Origin: Mytilus edulis | Taxonomy: Eukaryota | Length of the DNA: 64,000 bases | Reading direction: 5' to 3' | Assembly: GCF_963676685.1 (NCBI RefSeq) | Contig: NC_092344.1 | Span: 66,464,001 to 66,528,000 of the forward strand | Part shown: in pieces, positions 13,236 through 24,965 of the stretch | How the letters are laid out: every line of letters starts with the position of its first letter | Position numbering within the stretch: position 1 is the stretch's first letter | The notes under the pieces: model-generated | Database searches by the model: none | The model's input: only the letters and a program-made list of their open reading frames with translations | Told to the model about the DNA's origin: nothing | Position numbers and translations under genes: made by a program

Positions 13236-15894
13236 TAAAGTACCATCCTCAATTAGATCAGATCATACTTTATTGTCTTTCTATATTTAGATTTACTGCA
13301 TGTCTCCTAAAATAGTTTCTGTCATTGCTTAATAATGTGACAAGATGAAGGCTTGTCTAAGTGTAACATGTCCCAAAATAGATATTTTTGTAGTAAATGC
13401 AATCTTAATTTCATGTTAAGTTTTAAATGATACATTGGTTAATCATTCAAACTTACAATTTACTTTCTTTTAAGTACAGGATGACCGCGGAATGATGATT
13501 TAAAGAACTGAATTAGTATTAATTTGAGATACACTTGTATTTATATATATGTCCCGGATATTAATTATATTCATTTGCAAATTAGAGTTTGAAATCTTAT
13601 ACGTAAGATAGAAAAAATGTTAAGCAATTTGTCCAAGTATGAAAACCTTAAAGCTTCCAAAAATAGATTTCATTTAAAATTTTAAAAAGAAAAATTTATG
13701 TCAAGTGTGGTCCGTTTACATTTAAACATTATTAATATAAGAAAGTAAATGATAAGATCGTATTATATGCATTGAAATCAATAAAAATTGAAAAAATTCT
13801 AAAGTTATTCTAAGGAAATCAGCAGTATATGAATGGTAGTCGAGTCTGTGTAAACACAATGTGTTTTCTAATAATCCATAAGCTAACATGAATATTGTCT
13901 GAGCACTTCCGTTGAATTCAGGCCCAATATTTACATAGTATAAGTCTCATTACTACGTTTAAAACTTCCACTGTTCATGTTTCGCAATTCTAATTTTAGC
14001 GTTGCTATAAAAAGATCATTATCTAAACATGGGAATACTTATATTTAAAAATCAGTCAGTTGTTATTCGTAATGACACCAACGGTTTGACTAACAATTGA
14101 GACATTTCAACAAAGTTTACAAGTAGAATTGTCTTGTGACATGAAGATAAGACACTTAGGGTGTAATGCAGTTGACAAGTGTTTGTAGAGTGTCTGACTA
14201 TTTTACTTTTATGCATGTTGTTTTGTTGATCGTTAAGGGGTCAGGTTACCTAAATCTCTAGTGGGATTGTGTTCTTTCTACTTTCTCAGGAATTGAACTG
14301 ATTGGACTTTGCATTTTGCTATAGGGATAATTACTCGAAAAGTCCAGTTTGAAATAATGTTACAGTCTAAAAGTTACTATACAAAACGTTCAAAAAAATA
14401 TACTTAACTCCAAGGTTAATTCAAAACAAAATCAAACATTATCAACCAACAAAAGTATTGTAGGATATGAAACTGCTTTTAATCCGTTGCATGATTTTAG
14501 TTTATATTCATACATATCCTATCACACACTATGGGATGTATGGTTGCATGGGTGTTATATAATAACAAAAACTTACTATCTTTACTATTTTCATCTTGTT
14601 TGTTTTTCTTTAATTTTGAAATAATGTATTTAGGTTTTTGCAAGGTATGAAATTTTATTGATAAAAAGTTTCTTAGCAGAAAATTGATAAGTTTTACATT
14701 CTTGACCAACTTATTTGTACTTACATAATGGTTTATGAAATCACAAAAGATGTTAAATAAGTTTTCTGATCAAATAAATAAAAGATGAAAGAAATCCAGC
14801 GACTATATGAGACTGCATTCCAAAAAAAAAGAAATAGTAGACAAATTATAAAATTTAAAATCATATCAATTTATATATATTTTAATGGAACTTTTCACCA
14901 AGTAGTATTTCACATCAACTTAATAAAAACTTCAAGGATTATAGAATATATTACACTGATCAAAAGTCTAGATAAACTATAAAGTACTTAATCATGATTG
15001 TATCGGTTGGAAATGTTAAAATAAACTGTTTTAGAACCAGTGTGATAGGGTATAAAAAATGAAAAAAAAAAGCTGAAAATTTAAAAATGTTGACACAAGT
15101 AGTTATTGGGTTATCATTCAAATTCAGCCATATCTTTTCCAAATCAGTGTCTGTGGTGATCTTAACATAAACTGTAATATGAGTGTAACTACCAAGATCT
15201 AACAGAACCTTGCATTGTAAGATATTTTAAAAATTTTGAATGTTGAGAAAGTTACTTTACTGAAGGGCCCATGTTGTATTTATTGAAAGACGTCTCTGAG
15301 AGTTAAGTGATACTGATTTGTATAAAAGAACTTGGCATTGAATGATATGTTATGATTAGATTGGTAGAGAATACTTCTAAATGAAAGGTTTATTGAAAGA
15401 TCTAATTTCCCTGACAGTGGCAGTTCATGTAGTAAACTTTGATATTTTTTTTAATGATGTTGAATTTTATCAATAGTGTCTTTTCTGTATTAAACTTCTA
15501 CAACTTCTTCTTGGCATTGGACAAGATGTTGATAATTTAAATCTTGTTTTATAAGTTATTTTCATGTATTAATTGGTCATCAGTTTATTTTTAGTGTTGT
15601 GCTTGTGACTGGTTGCTATTTCATTGATGTACTCAGTGCTTAAAAGTGTACCAGTGAACAGCAAGAATTTGGTTCACCATAAAATGACTCTTCATGAGCC
15701 TCACTGTAGTTCACCTTTCTCATTATGCATGATGATCCAAAGCATTATGTACTTTTCATCTTAAATTTGTCAAAATTTAGTAGCCTGGAATACATAAATT
15801 GTCATATAAACAAATAAAAATAGGTATGTGACAAACACAAAAAAAAAACAACATTATATATGGAACGCCAACACTGTCTTATTATGCCCATTTT

Positions 15895-16485
15895 TCATTA
15901 TATGTTGTGCATTTACCTTTATATGATGTGCATTTACCTTTATATGATGTGCATTTACCTTTATATGATGTGCATTTACCTTTATATGATGTGCACTTGT
16001 CATCATATGATGTGCAAATATCCTTATATGATGTGCAAACATCATTATATGATGTGCAAACATCATTATATGATGTGCAAACATACTTATATGATGCGCA
16101 TATATACTTATATGATGTGCAAATATACTTATATGATGTGCAAATGTACTTATATGATGTGCAAACATTCTTATGTGATGTGAAAATATGCTTATATTAT
16201 GTTGTAAGATCCTTATATGATGTGCAAATATAGTTATATTATGTTGAAAGATCCTTATATGATGTGCAAATATACATATATGCTGTGCAAATATACTTAT
16301 ATGCTGTGCAAATATACTTATATGATGTGTACATATCATTATATGATGTGCAGTTTCCCTTATATTACGTGCAAACATCTTTATATGATGTGGTTGTGTC
16401 ATTATATTATGTGCTTGTAATCTTATATTATGTGGTTAGGTTTACTTCATTATATGATGTCGAAACGTCATTATATGATGTGCTT
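15895..16485 (+). repeat. 21-bp minisatellite (ttatatgatgtgcaaatatac) inside the left TIR
   Basis: Roughly 28 tandem units; accounts for the repetitive ORFs in several frames. Confidence 0.95.
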
Positions 16486-17324
16486 TCATCGTCGTTATGG
16501 TCAATGAACATGATTACGATTAGAATGATTACTGTCTACGTCATAACTGATTCCGATCTGCGTCTGCGGAGTAACCGTTATTACTAATTAGGATCAAATC
16601 TGTTGCTACCGTTTGGAAAATGGTTGAGACTTGAGATAAACCTTAGCATGTTAGTACCTCGTTTTAAGATGCAAAAAAATCACATCTGATATTGTTGGAA
16701 AATTGTAAAAAATATATATGAATTGCAAAGTTTTGTTTAAATCGCAAATCTTTAATAATAAACATACGGAGTCTTCAATACGGTTAAGGTTATTGAATTG
16801 AAGAAATAATTCTTTTATGTCATGCTATATGATCGTTTTAACGAGGGAAAGCATTATATTTGTCAATTTCGGTATACCTAACGTTAGCAATTTTTCTATA
16901 AGAAGATAATACACGAAGTTTAGTATTTTCATTTATGTAAATATTGCCTTTCTGATCATGGTTAGCTGTTCGAGTTTCTCTTTATATATTCTCAAGATAG
17001 ACACAAACAATTGGGAATAAATCGGACTCTGATAGAGTAATGGCTCATATAAGGAACCGGTCATTTGTAACAAAAAAAAGAGGGGATAGGAAAAGTGGCA
17101 TTCAATTTTATATAGTTATAAATTTGCCGCGGTATAATGTTATGGCGAATTCTTCGTCAACCGTAGGCATCAATCTTTACGCCTCGTTTCGCTCATCTGA
17201 ATTGTTAAAACCTGAAAATTTAGTTTCAACAATTTCTTCTAGCAGAGAATTTTTCATCTGATGCTATTATTGAATGAAGGTGTGGTAAATATTAATGAAA
17301 CCACAAACGGCAAATCCAAACTAA

Positions 17325-17698
17325 TATAAAAAAGAAGATGTGATATGATTGCCAATGAGACAACTATCCACAAAAGACCAAAATGACACAAACATTAACA
17401 ACTATAGGTCATCGTACGGCCTTCAACAATGAGCAAAGCCCATACCGCATAGTCAGCTATAAAAGGCCCCGATAAGAAAATGTAAAACAATTGAAACGAG
17501 AAAACTAACGGCCTTATTTATGTAAAAAAAAAATGAACGAAAAACAAATATGTAACACAAAAACAAACGACAACCACTGAATCACAGGCTCCTGACTTGG
17601 GACAGACACATACATAAATAATGTGGCGGGGTAAAACATGTTAGCGGGATCCCCCCCCCCCCCTAACCTGGAAAGTGGTATAACAGTGCAACATAAGA
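17325..17698 (-). mobile_element. Interspersed repeat family A copy with a degenerate twister motif (17573-17679)
   Basis: Same sequence recurs at ~10845-11010, 19382-19542, ~21525-21640 and ~22060-22200. Carries ctgtcccaagtcagga and ccccgc, but UAA is changed to UUA and GAGGG is lost in a poly-G run. Confidence 0.8.
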
Positions 17699-17904
17699 AT
17701 AAACTAGTTCCCTGAAGTCGCAAACGATTTTCATACTTCAGTACTTTGATTATATATGTTCTTGTCTATACCTTACAAGAAAAGATTTCTCTATTATTAG
17801 TTATCAAGATAATAGCCAATAAAACAACAAAACTCTGAAAAGCCAAAACTACCCAAAAAGTACCTTTACTATAGAGTATATTCAGACACATTGCACTATT
17901 TGTT

Positions 17905-18110
17905 TTTTTTAAATCTTTTATGTTTCCAGGATAAACGCAAAATATTAAAAGCCGCTGCCGTAAATCTTCACTTTGGAAATTCAAAACACCACTCTCTATA
18001 TGTAAGAGAACAACAGGTCTCAGTAAAAAATAAATAAATGCAGTGTTTTAAGTTCATTTAGACACCAGATTAAAAACGCTCAATTCTCTGGTTTTGTTGG
18101 ATTGATACAC
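17905..18110 (-). pseudogene. Remnant of an integrase-core (DDE) segment, NQRIER motif
   Basis: Minus strand SIQQNQRIERF* with NQRIER at 18076-18093, followed after disruptions by ESGVLNF...LIFCVYP. Similar to the S..NQRIER.W motif of IS3-like eukaryotic transposases. Confidence 0.5.
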
Positions 18111-18584
18111 ACCTTCAAAAATTTGAAGGCTGAAATGTCATTGGCTGATGTAATATATACAAGGACAGAAAATAAAATGACGTGTTGTCAGATCCTTGTA
18201 TCCAAAGCTGAAACAGATGATCTGTACATTATATATTAATAAATAAATGTGTTAGACACCGACTCTAGTTTGAGGGAAGGAGCACGTGTATTTCCTTTTT
18301 CGAAATTAAAAAAACAACAAAAAACATGGTTTATTTTTTTTTAAGTTTCATCATTGTTTTATTTTTTCCTCATTTTAAATAGAAACAAACTATTTCGCTT
18401 CCCTTCTGAAATAGATAAAATCTCTTTCAAGAAATTTAGAATCAAACGTTTAAAAAACAACTTGCCCCCCACCCTCACATAAAAATATCAATGGTCGGTA
18501 AGTTAGCCCTGTTTAATTGAGTCTAGAGGTGAATACTAGTATATGAGCGGCTTCCCACGAAACCTTTTATATTGCGGGTTACTG

Positions 18585-18885
18585 CATGTCTAGTGGTGGT
18601 ACTTTCGTCGTAGTATATTCGCCTTGAGAGGTCGTGGGTTCGAACCCCGGCCGGGTCAAAACCAAAGACTTTAAAATTCTTATTTACATGCTGCTTCCCA
18701 GCTAATTATATAAGCACGCGGGATTAAGGATTAAGAGCAAAAGCTGGTCGGCTCGGAATCAGAAAAATGTGTCCGGGTAAGGTGAAATACATGTCTTCCT
18801 TCGGAATGCTTCCTTTTGAACTAGCATGTTAAAAAGTCCGGCTCAGGGTGTCGGTCTAGTACAAAACAGGGTTAATATTCATACC
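18585..18885 (+). mobile_element. tRNA-derived SINE with a Meta/MESC-like central domain
   Basis: Pol III B-box GGTTCGAACCC at 18637-47, followed by ggtcaaaaccaaagactttaaaatt...gctgcttccc..gctaa...gcacgc, which resembles the Meta domain of mollusc SINEs. Confidence 0.7.
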
Positions 18886-18889
18886 ACAT

Positions 18890-19180
18890 TAAAATTGAGA
18901 ATGGAAATGGGGAATGTGTCAAAGAGACAACAACCCGACCAAATAAAAAAACAACAGCAGAAGGTCACCAACAGGTCTTCAATGTAGCGAGAAATTCCCG
19001 CACCCGGAGGCGTCCTTCAGCTGGCCCCTAAACAAATATATACTAGTTCAGTGATAATTTACGCCATACTAATTTCCAAATTGTACACAAGAAACTAAAA
19101 TTAAAATAATACAAGACTAACAAAGGCCAGAGGCTCCTGACTTGGGACAGGCGCAAAAATGCGGCGGGGTTAAACATGTT
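18890..19180 (-). mobile_element. Family B copy, 5'-truncated within the twister motif
   Basis: Reverse complement of ~57156-57443; ends at the aacatgtt palindrome. Confidence 0.85.
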
Positions 19181-19360
19181 CTTGTACGAATATGCATATA
19201 TCAATTTGCTGCTGGACCTCAAGAATCCACCCATAATCATCTATAGTTGAAACTGTGAAATATATGCACAAAAAACATGATAAAAAGCTGCACGTTAATG
19301 TAATACACCGAGTTCTGGTTCATTCCATATCTCCTTTCATCCATTTCGGGTGAAAGTGAT

Positions 19361-19775
19361 GGGCGCTGGGTGGTTGAGTGGTTACATTGTCATTTCGTGG
19401 CCTTTTATAGCTGAATATGCGGTATGGGCTTTGATCATTGTTGTAGGCCGTACGGTGACCTTTACTTGTTAATTTCTGTGTCATTTTGACCTATTGTGGA
19501 GAGTTGTCTCTTTAGCAGTCATACCACTTCTTCTTTTTTATAAGTAGTCGAACTGCTGTATCACTAGCATGTCAACCCTTAGGTGTGCGATTTCAAATCC
19601 CGCACGTGGCAGGTAAGCTCGATTCCAATCTTAATTGACCAGAATTGTATGTTTTCCAAACAAAGGTCAGGGGGTCTCTCCGGGCACTTTTGCTTTCTCC
19701 ACCAATATAAACTCACCGCCACGAAATAGCATGAAAGTGTTGAAAGTTGCGCGAAATAACAGTCAATCAATCATC
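19361..19775 (+). mobile_element. V-domain-like SINE interrupted by a family A fragment (19382-19542)
   Basis: tctctccgggcact...tctccaccaatataaactcaccgccacga core and (caat)n tail. The head is contiguous in the uninterrupted copy at 32958. Confidence 0.7.
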
Positions 19776-19989
19776 CATACCGGTATACTTATGGCCTCTA
19801 AATCTATATAATAGCAATGTCAATGTATGACATCAGTATACAGAGATAAAAATAATAACTATTTACAGTATATACAAAACAAGAGAGAGAGAGGTTTCAA
19901 AATTACTAAGCCAGCTGGAGGACAAACGCACGTGTTTATATATTTTTTATAAACGAACAAGCTGAAGTTGACATTTTACAGAAATCTTA

Positions 19990-20480
19990 TACATCCTTCC
20001 TGTTTTCAAGTTTTCGTACATGGCTTAAAGCCTTATCGGATAAATGTTTTTTGTCATATTGAAATTTCCCGTTTTAGTAACAACAATACCCAAATAGTTA
20101 TATTGTTTTATCATCTCAATGTTAGTATCATTGTAAGAAAATCGAAGATTTTTTGGCATCCGTCCAAAAAAAAACCTCACTAAGACTTTAATTTTGACAA
20201 CTTTCCTTTCAAGTTCCAAGCCTTACAATAATCATGGAAAGCATTGAGTTGAGTCTGCAGGTCCTGTGCTGTTTCAGCCAACAACACCGTGTCATCTGCA
20301 AACAATATAACAAAACACTTAAGATATATTTCTAATTCTCTTTCCAGATTTTCTGGTATAGTTCTGTTAAGTCATGTAATATTTCTAGTCACTAAGAAAT
20401 TATTTTAGTCAATCAAAAGTAAATAAAATAGGAAAGGTGATAAGTTTTCTCCTTGTCGAACACCATTGTCACAAGCAAGC
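19990..20480 (-). pseudogene. Non-LTR retrotransposon (LINE) reverse transcriptase fragment
   Basis: Minus strand GVRQGENLSP (20435-20464), LFADDTVLLA (FADD at 20291-20302) and YNYLG in ORF 20025-20219; stops and frameshifts between the motifs. Confidence 0.9.
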
Positions 20481-22202
20481 AAAGTATTCCGAATTATAAT
20501 TACTATTTTGTATCATCGGTACAGCGGATATAGCTTTGTAGGTACTTCGAAGCATGAAAAACTATATACCGTACATTCATTTAACTATGCACCGTACAGA
20601 ACGATTCATGTGGTCAGCTATACACAACGCTTCTTGTCGGAATAAAATATCGAAAAATAACATATGTACAAAATATTTCAATGCCAATTATTGAAACAGC
20701 TATACTTATTACGCACAAACAGTGGCCTTCTATCAGAAAAAGAGTTGCAATGAATATAGAATCATATCGGATGAAACGAGCGCCAACTTCTTTGACAAGT
20801 ATTTGCACATGTTTTTAGTAAGGATTCTTGTTTTGGGCAAATAGTGAGACTAATCACCAACCTACGACCAAAACATTTCTTAAAACAACAAATATGTTTA
20901 GATTGAAGTACACATTGATATAATGTAAACAAAACAAAGATTTTCGTACCGTGTCAGAAGAAAAATCGATCACGACCCCTTGGTTAGTACCTATATCCGC
21001 TGTACCGATGATACAAGGAGACGCCAGCGAGTGGGCAAGTGTTGAAACAAAGAATGATGATACAGTAATAAGGTGGACACAGTAATGACAAAGTTAATGC
21101 TTTTTATTCTATTTTTTGTTAAAGAGACGAAAAAGAGGAACAAAATGCGAAAGACGGGCGTCACCCCATTCATCTCGGTTGGAAAATAAAAATATTAAAT
21201 ACCCTAAATTGGAAAAAGTGTGGCAAAGTGTGATTTTCAGTGTTTTTTCCCCCCTTTTAACTCAATAACTGTATCGTCTACGTAAAATCCGTTGCCATTA
21301 CCGAAAAGGATCAAAATAAGTACCTCAAAGGTAAAATCCGATCTAATTGGACAAAAAATTAAATCTAAAACACTTCATCAGGAATCAACCCCTTATATCT
21401 TAGAAATCGTTAACGCTACTCCAAATCTGTTGACATACTAGTACTAATGTTTCAGATTTTTATTAGCAATTAAAAAAATCTTTATTAAAATAAGTTGAAA
21501 ATAAACAATCTGTATATGCCAATATGTGCTCATTGTTGAATACCGTATGGTGACCTATAGTCATTAGTTTCTGTGTAATTTGGTCTGTTGTGGAGAGTTG
21601 TCTCATTAGCAAAGATACCACTTTTTCATTTTTTATAATTTCCCACATAGCCATTTCGCATTTTGTGGGCACTACGTCGACTAAGCTTGCAGTCTTCGAA
21701 ATTGGGTATTTTCTCACATAATTGGCGTTTTCTGTGGAAAAAAGATTGGTTCAAAGACAAATTAAAAGTCCTATCACACATATTTCCGACTTGGTATGGT
21801 TTTAGAGGAGTTGCGACTCAATGAAATCGGTCTACTCCTTTAGTAGCACAGATTATATGATATACTAGATATAATATCATTGTACATATTCAATACTACA
21901 TTATACATCTTACCATTTACAGATTAATATTATTCAATAACATTTTATAAAACAAACCATCTCGCCATAGTATGCATCAGTAGATAATTGTATAGCTATT
22001 GTTATGAAATATTTTTGAAACAGACTGTGATTTCAATGGTGTCTTTTGCAATAAATAGAAATAAGCAGATGTGGTATGAGAGCCACTGAGACAACTCTCC
22101 ATCCAAGTCATAATTTGTAAGAGGAAACAATTATAGGTCATAGTACGACCTTCAACACGGAGCCTATGCTTAAACCGAATAGCAAGTTATAAAAGGCTCT
22201 TA

Positions 22203-22343
22203 TTTGTTATCATTTTCTCCACAGCCGGAGATTTCTTCAACTAGCTCCTGTATCAACTGATTTTAATCTTCAACCGAAATGTTTGAAACGTTGATTTTGT
22301 TAAATTGCTTTGTCTCATTTTCCCTATAAATTGCACTTTCGCT
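22203..22343 (-). pseudogene. Remnant of an IS3EU-type transposase N-terminal region
   Basis: With compensating frameshifts it reads SESAIYRKMRQSNLTKSTFSNISVED*NQLIQELVEEISGCGE, resembling the recalled S..TIYRRM...L....S.IS.E.L.......CGE pattern. Not database-verified. Confidence 0.5.
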
Positions 22344-22459
22344 AGCGATAGACACATATTTGAGCCGGGTTAATAATTTACAGAAGCAGATCGGAATCAG
22401 TTATGACGTAGACAGTAATCATTCTAATCGTAATCATGTTCATTGACCATAACGACGAT

Positions 22460-23050
22460 GAAAGCACATCATATAATGACGTTTCGACATCATATAATGA
22501 AGTAAACCTAACCACATAATATAAGATTACAAGCACATAATATAATGACACAACCACATCATATAAAGATGTTTGCACGTAATATAAGGGAAACTGCACA
22601 TCATATAAGGATATGTACACACCATATAAGGATCTTTGCACATCATATAAGTATATTTGCACATCATATAAGGATCTTTGCACATAATATAAGTACATTT
22701 GCACATCATGTAATAATGTTTGCACATCATATAAGAATGTTTGCACATCATATAAGAATGTTTGCACATCATATAAGTATATTTGCACATCATATAAGTA
22801 TATTTGCACATCATATGAGTATGTATGCACATCATATAAGTATGTTTGCACATACTATAATGATGTTTGCACACCATATAAGGATATTTGCACATCATAT
22901 AAGGATATTTGCACATCATATAAAGGTGTTTGCACATCATATAATGACAAGTGCACATAATATAATGACAAGTGCACATCATAAAAAGGTAAAAACACAG
23001 CATATAAAGGTAAATGCACATCATATAAAGGTAAATGCACATCATATAAG
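22460..23050 (-). repeat. 21-bp minisatellite inside the right TIR (inverted copy)
   Basis: Tandem tgcacatcatataag units, the reverse complement of the left array. Confidence 0.95.
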
Positions 23051-24557
23051 GAAAATGGTCATAACAAGACAGTGTTGGCGTTCCATAATTATAAACAATA
23101 TTTCATTTAAAAAGACAAATTGTAAATAATAAGTATTTGTCTTTGATAGGGGTTAATAGTTGTCTGGTTCATTTTTCTACTCATGCCTACTCATTTAAAC
23201 CTGAACAACATTAGGACAATACCAGTATAAGATTCCTTATTGGCCTGATCAGGAAGTAAACACAAGAATCACTAAGAATTGTCACTAAATGACAGATGTT
23301 TCGCTAAGAAACTTGTCTTATATATATAATGTCACATGAAGAGAGAGAGACTTAATGAGATTGGACGACAGCTGTTTTATCACTTCCTTACTGAAGTCCA
23401 TGTTTCTTTTGTAAACAATTCTGTTGCTCAGCTGTTACTAAACTCTGATGCTGTTTTTGAATACAGAAAAGTACCTGGGTATAATGATTATTAGCTTCCC
23501 TTTGATGTTTGTAGTTTATTTTCGTTGATGACCTTTTAAACTCTGATAAAATATTCACTTTCTGTAAAAAAAAAAGATAATGGCTTGTATTTTAATATGG
23601 AAATTGGATGATTTTCAAAATACATACCTGTCAAATATTGATATGTAGGGAGTTAATAGGTATATATGTAAGTAAAATAACACTAGAGAATGGAATGTTG
23701 TAAAAGTACATTTATCTATGTTATCGTCTCAGATTGAAATTTTTGTGTTTAAAGTTGAATAAAATCTGGTTACCCTATGATATAAAGATTATTGACATAT
23801 TCTCAATTCAGAAAGCCCAATTTACAAATATATTTGTTTATTGAACTTAAAAAGTCTTATATTGGAATTTTAATTTTATCTTGATAAAAAGGTTTTGGCA
23901 TAACATAGTTCTTATGTGTACATTTAACTGTCACTTTCATGATTAACCCTTTACTAGTTTCCAACGTCCCCTACTCTACTAAAAAATACCTAAATAACTC
24001 GCACTTTCATGAGTAACCCTTTTCAAAATGTTCCCTGAACCCCCACCCCACCCTATCTGACCCTAAATTGATTTATTCTAATGGTTCCACAGTAGGGGAG
24101 TTCTTACATCAATAATTTCTGTACCATTCTGACATCCTTTAATTCTAAAATACAGTGCATGTGTGATTCTGATAACCACAAAAATATAAATTTAACATTT
24201 TTGCTAAATTTATGAGCCAACTGATGTTTGTTATTCTTGACAATCATCCCATTTTAAACTGAACTTGAATTATTTAAAGAAGAATAAATTGAGAAACAAC
24301 AGAGAAAAGATTAAAGATTAAATCTACCATTAGATTTTGGCACAAATGCAAAAGTTATTCTCTTCTATCCAAACGCTTCTTATCATTATACAAAATAAAC
24401 AAGTCATATTGATACAATTATGTGTCTAACAGTCAATCACAGATAGTCTAAACAGTACTGTCCCCCATCAATACATTGGGTTATTAATAGATTCTCTTGC
24501 ATATGCAAAACAGTTGTTTTTCATTCATATGTTCTTGTTTTGACTTAAATGTACTTA

Positions 24558-24965
24558 GAGCGCATTTGTTTCTAACCTAAACGATGTAAACGATTACGCA
24601 CGTAGTCGTTTAATCCATTTGTTTCTTACATTTTTTGGTCAACGTTGACATCGTTCACATAAACGATGTACACGCAAAATAGTTGTGTAGTCGTTGATCG
24701 TTAATCGTTGAGACGTGTAAACGATAAATTTGTTTCTGCATCTGTCGTTTAAATAATTACGAGCACGTGTTGTTTTCGCAAAGTCCTGGTTATTTATTTC
24801 CCGCACTTTTACCTGTTTGTTTACAGTGCGTGAGTGTAATCTATTTCTGTCTGACTACGTGGGGTCGATAAAGTTTATTAAACGATGTATTTGTTTCTAG
24901 CAGCTTAACGTTTACTAAACGATAGTCATCGATGACAAAATTTCGGGTAAGAAACAAATGCACTC
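24558..24965. mobile_element. 408-bp PIF/Harbinger-like MITE
   Basis: 20-bp TIR gagcgcatttgtttctaacc / ggtaagaaacaaatgcactc (2 mismatches); TTA on both sides; CpG-rich interior with repeated aaacgat motifs. Confidence 0.82.

Larger units (their letters stand above)
15859..23087 (-). mobile_element. 7229-bp non-autonomous IS3EU-like DNA transposon with ~710-bp TIRs
   Basis: Termini TATGGAACGCC...GGCGTTCCATA; ATTATA directly outside both ends (15853-58, 23088-93); TIRs 15859-16566 and 22381-23087. TAY..RTA ends with a 6-bp TSD are the described IS3EU signature. Transposase-like remnants lie on the minus strand. Confidence 0.82.

Noticed and set aside
497-14982. Numerous 60-85 aa ORFs in the track
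   Set aside because: They have low-complexity AT-rich composition, no domain motifs and no consistent splice structure, as expected by chance in intronic DNA.
15854-16587. His-rich and Met/Cys/Tyr-rich repetitive ORFs that could suggest a metal-binding or byssal protein
   Set aside because: They are open in several frames on both strands because the 21-bp unit lacks stops in those frames. They lie in a transposon TIR and have no signal peptide or splice context.
18585-18660. Possible tRNA gene
   Set aside because: A B-box/T-arm is present but there is no full cloverleaf, and it continues into a SINE body.
21463-21717. Possible captured exon or second transposon ORF on the minus strand
   Set aside because: No recognisable domain, and part of the ORF runs through a family A repeat.
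15859-23087. Polinton/Maverick assignment based on long TIRs and a 6-bp TSD
   Set aside because: The termini are TAT..ATA rather than AG..CT, and no polymerase B, ATPase or capsid remnants were seen.
22378-23129. Mirror-image repetitive ORFs up to 194 aa
   Set aside because: Inverted copy of the same TIR minisatellite.
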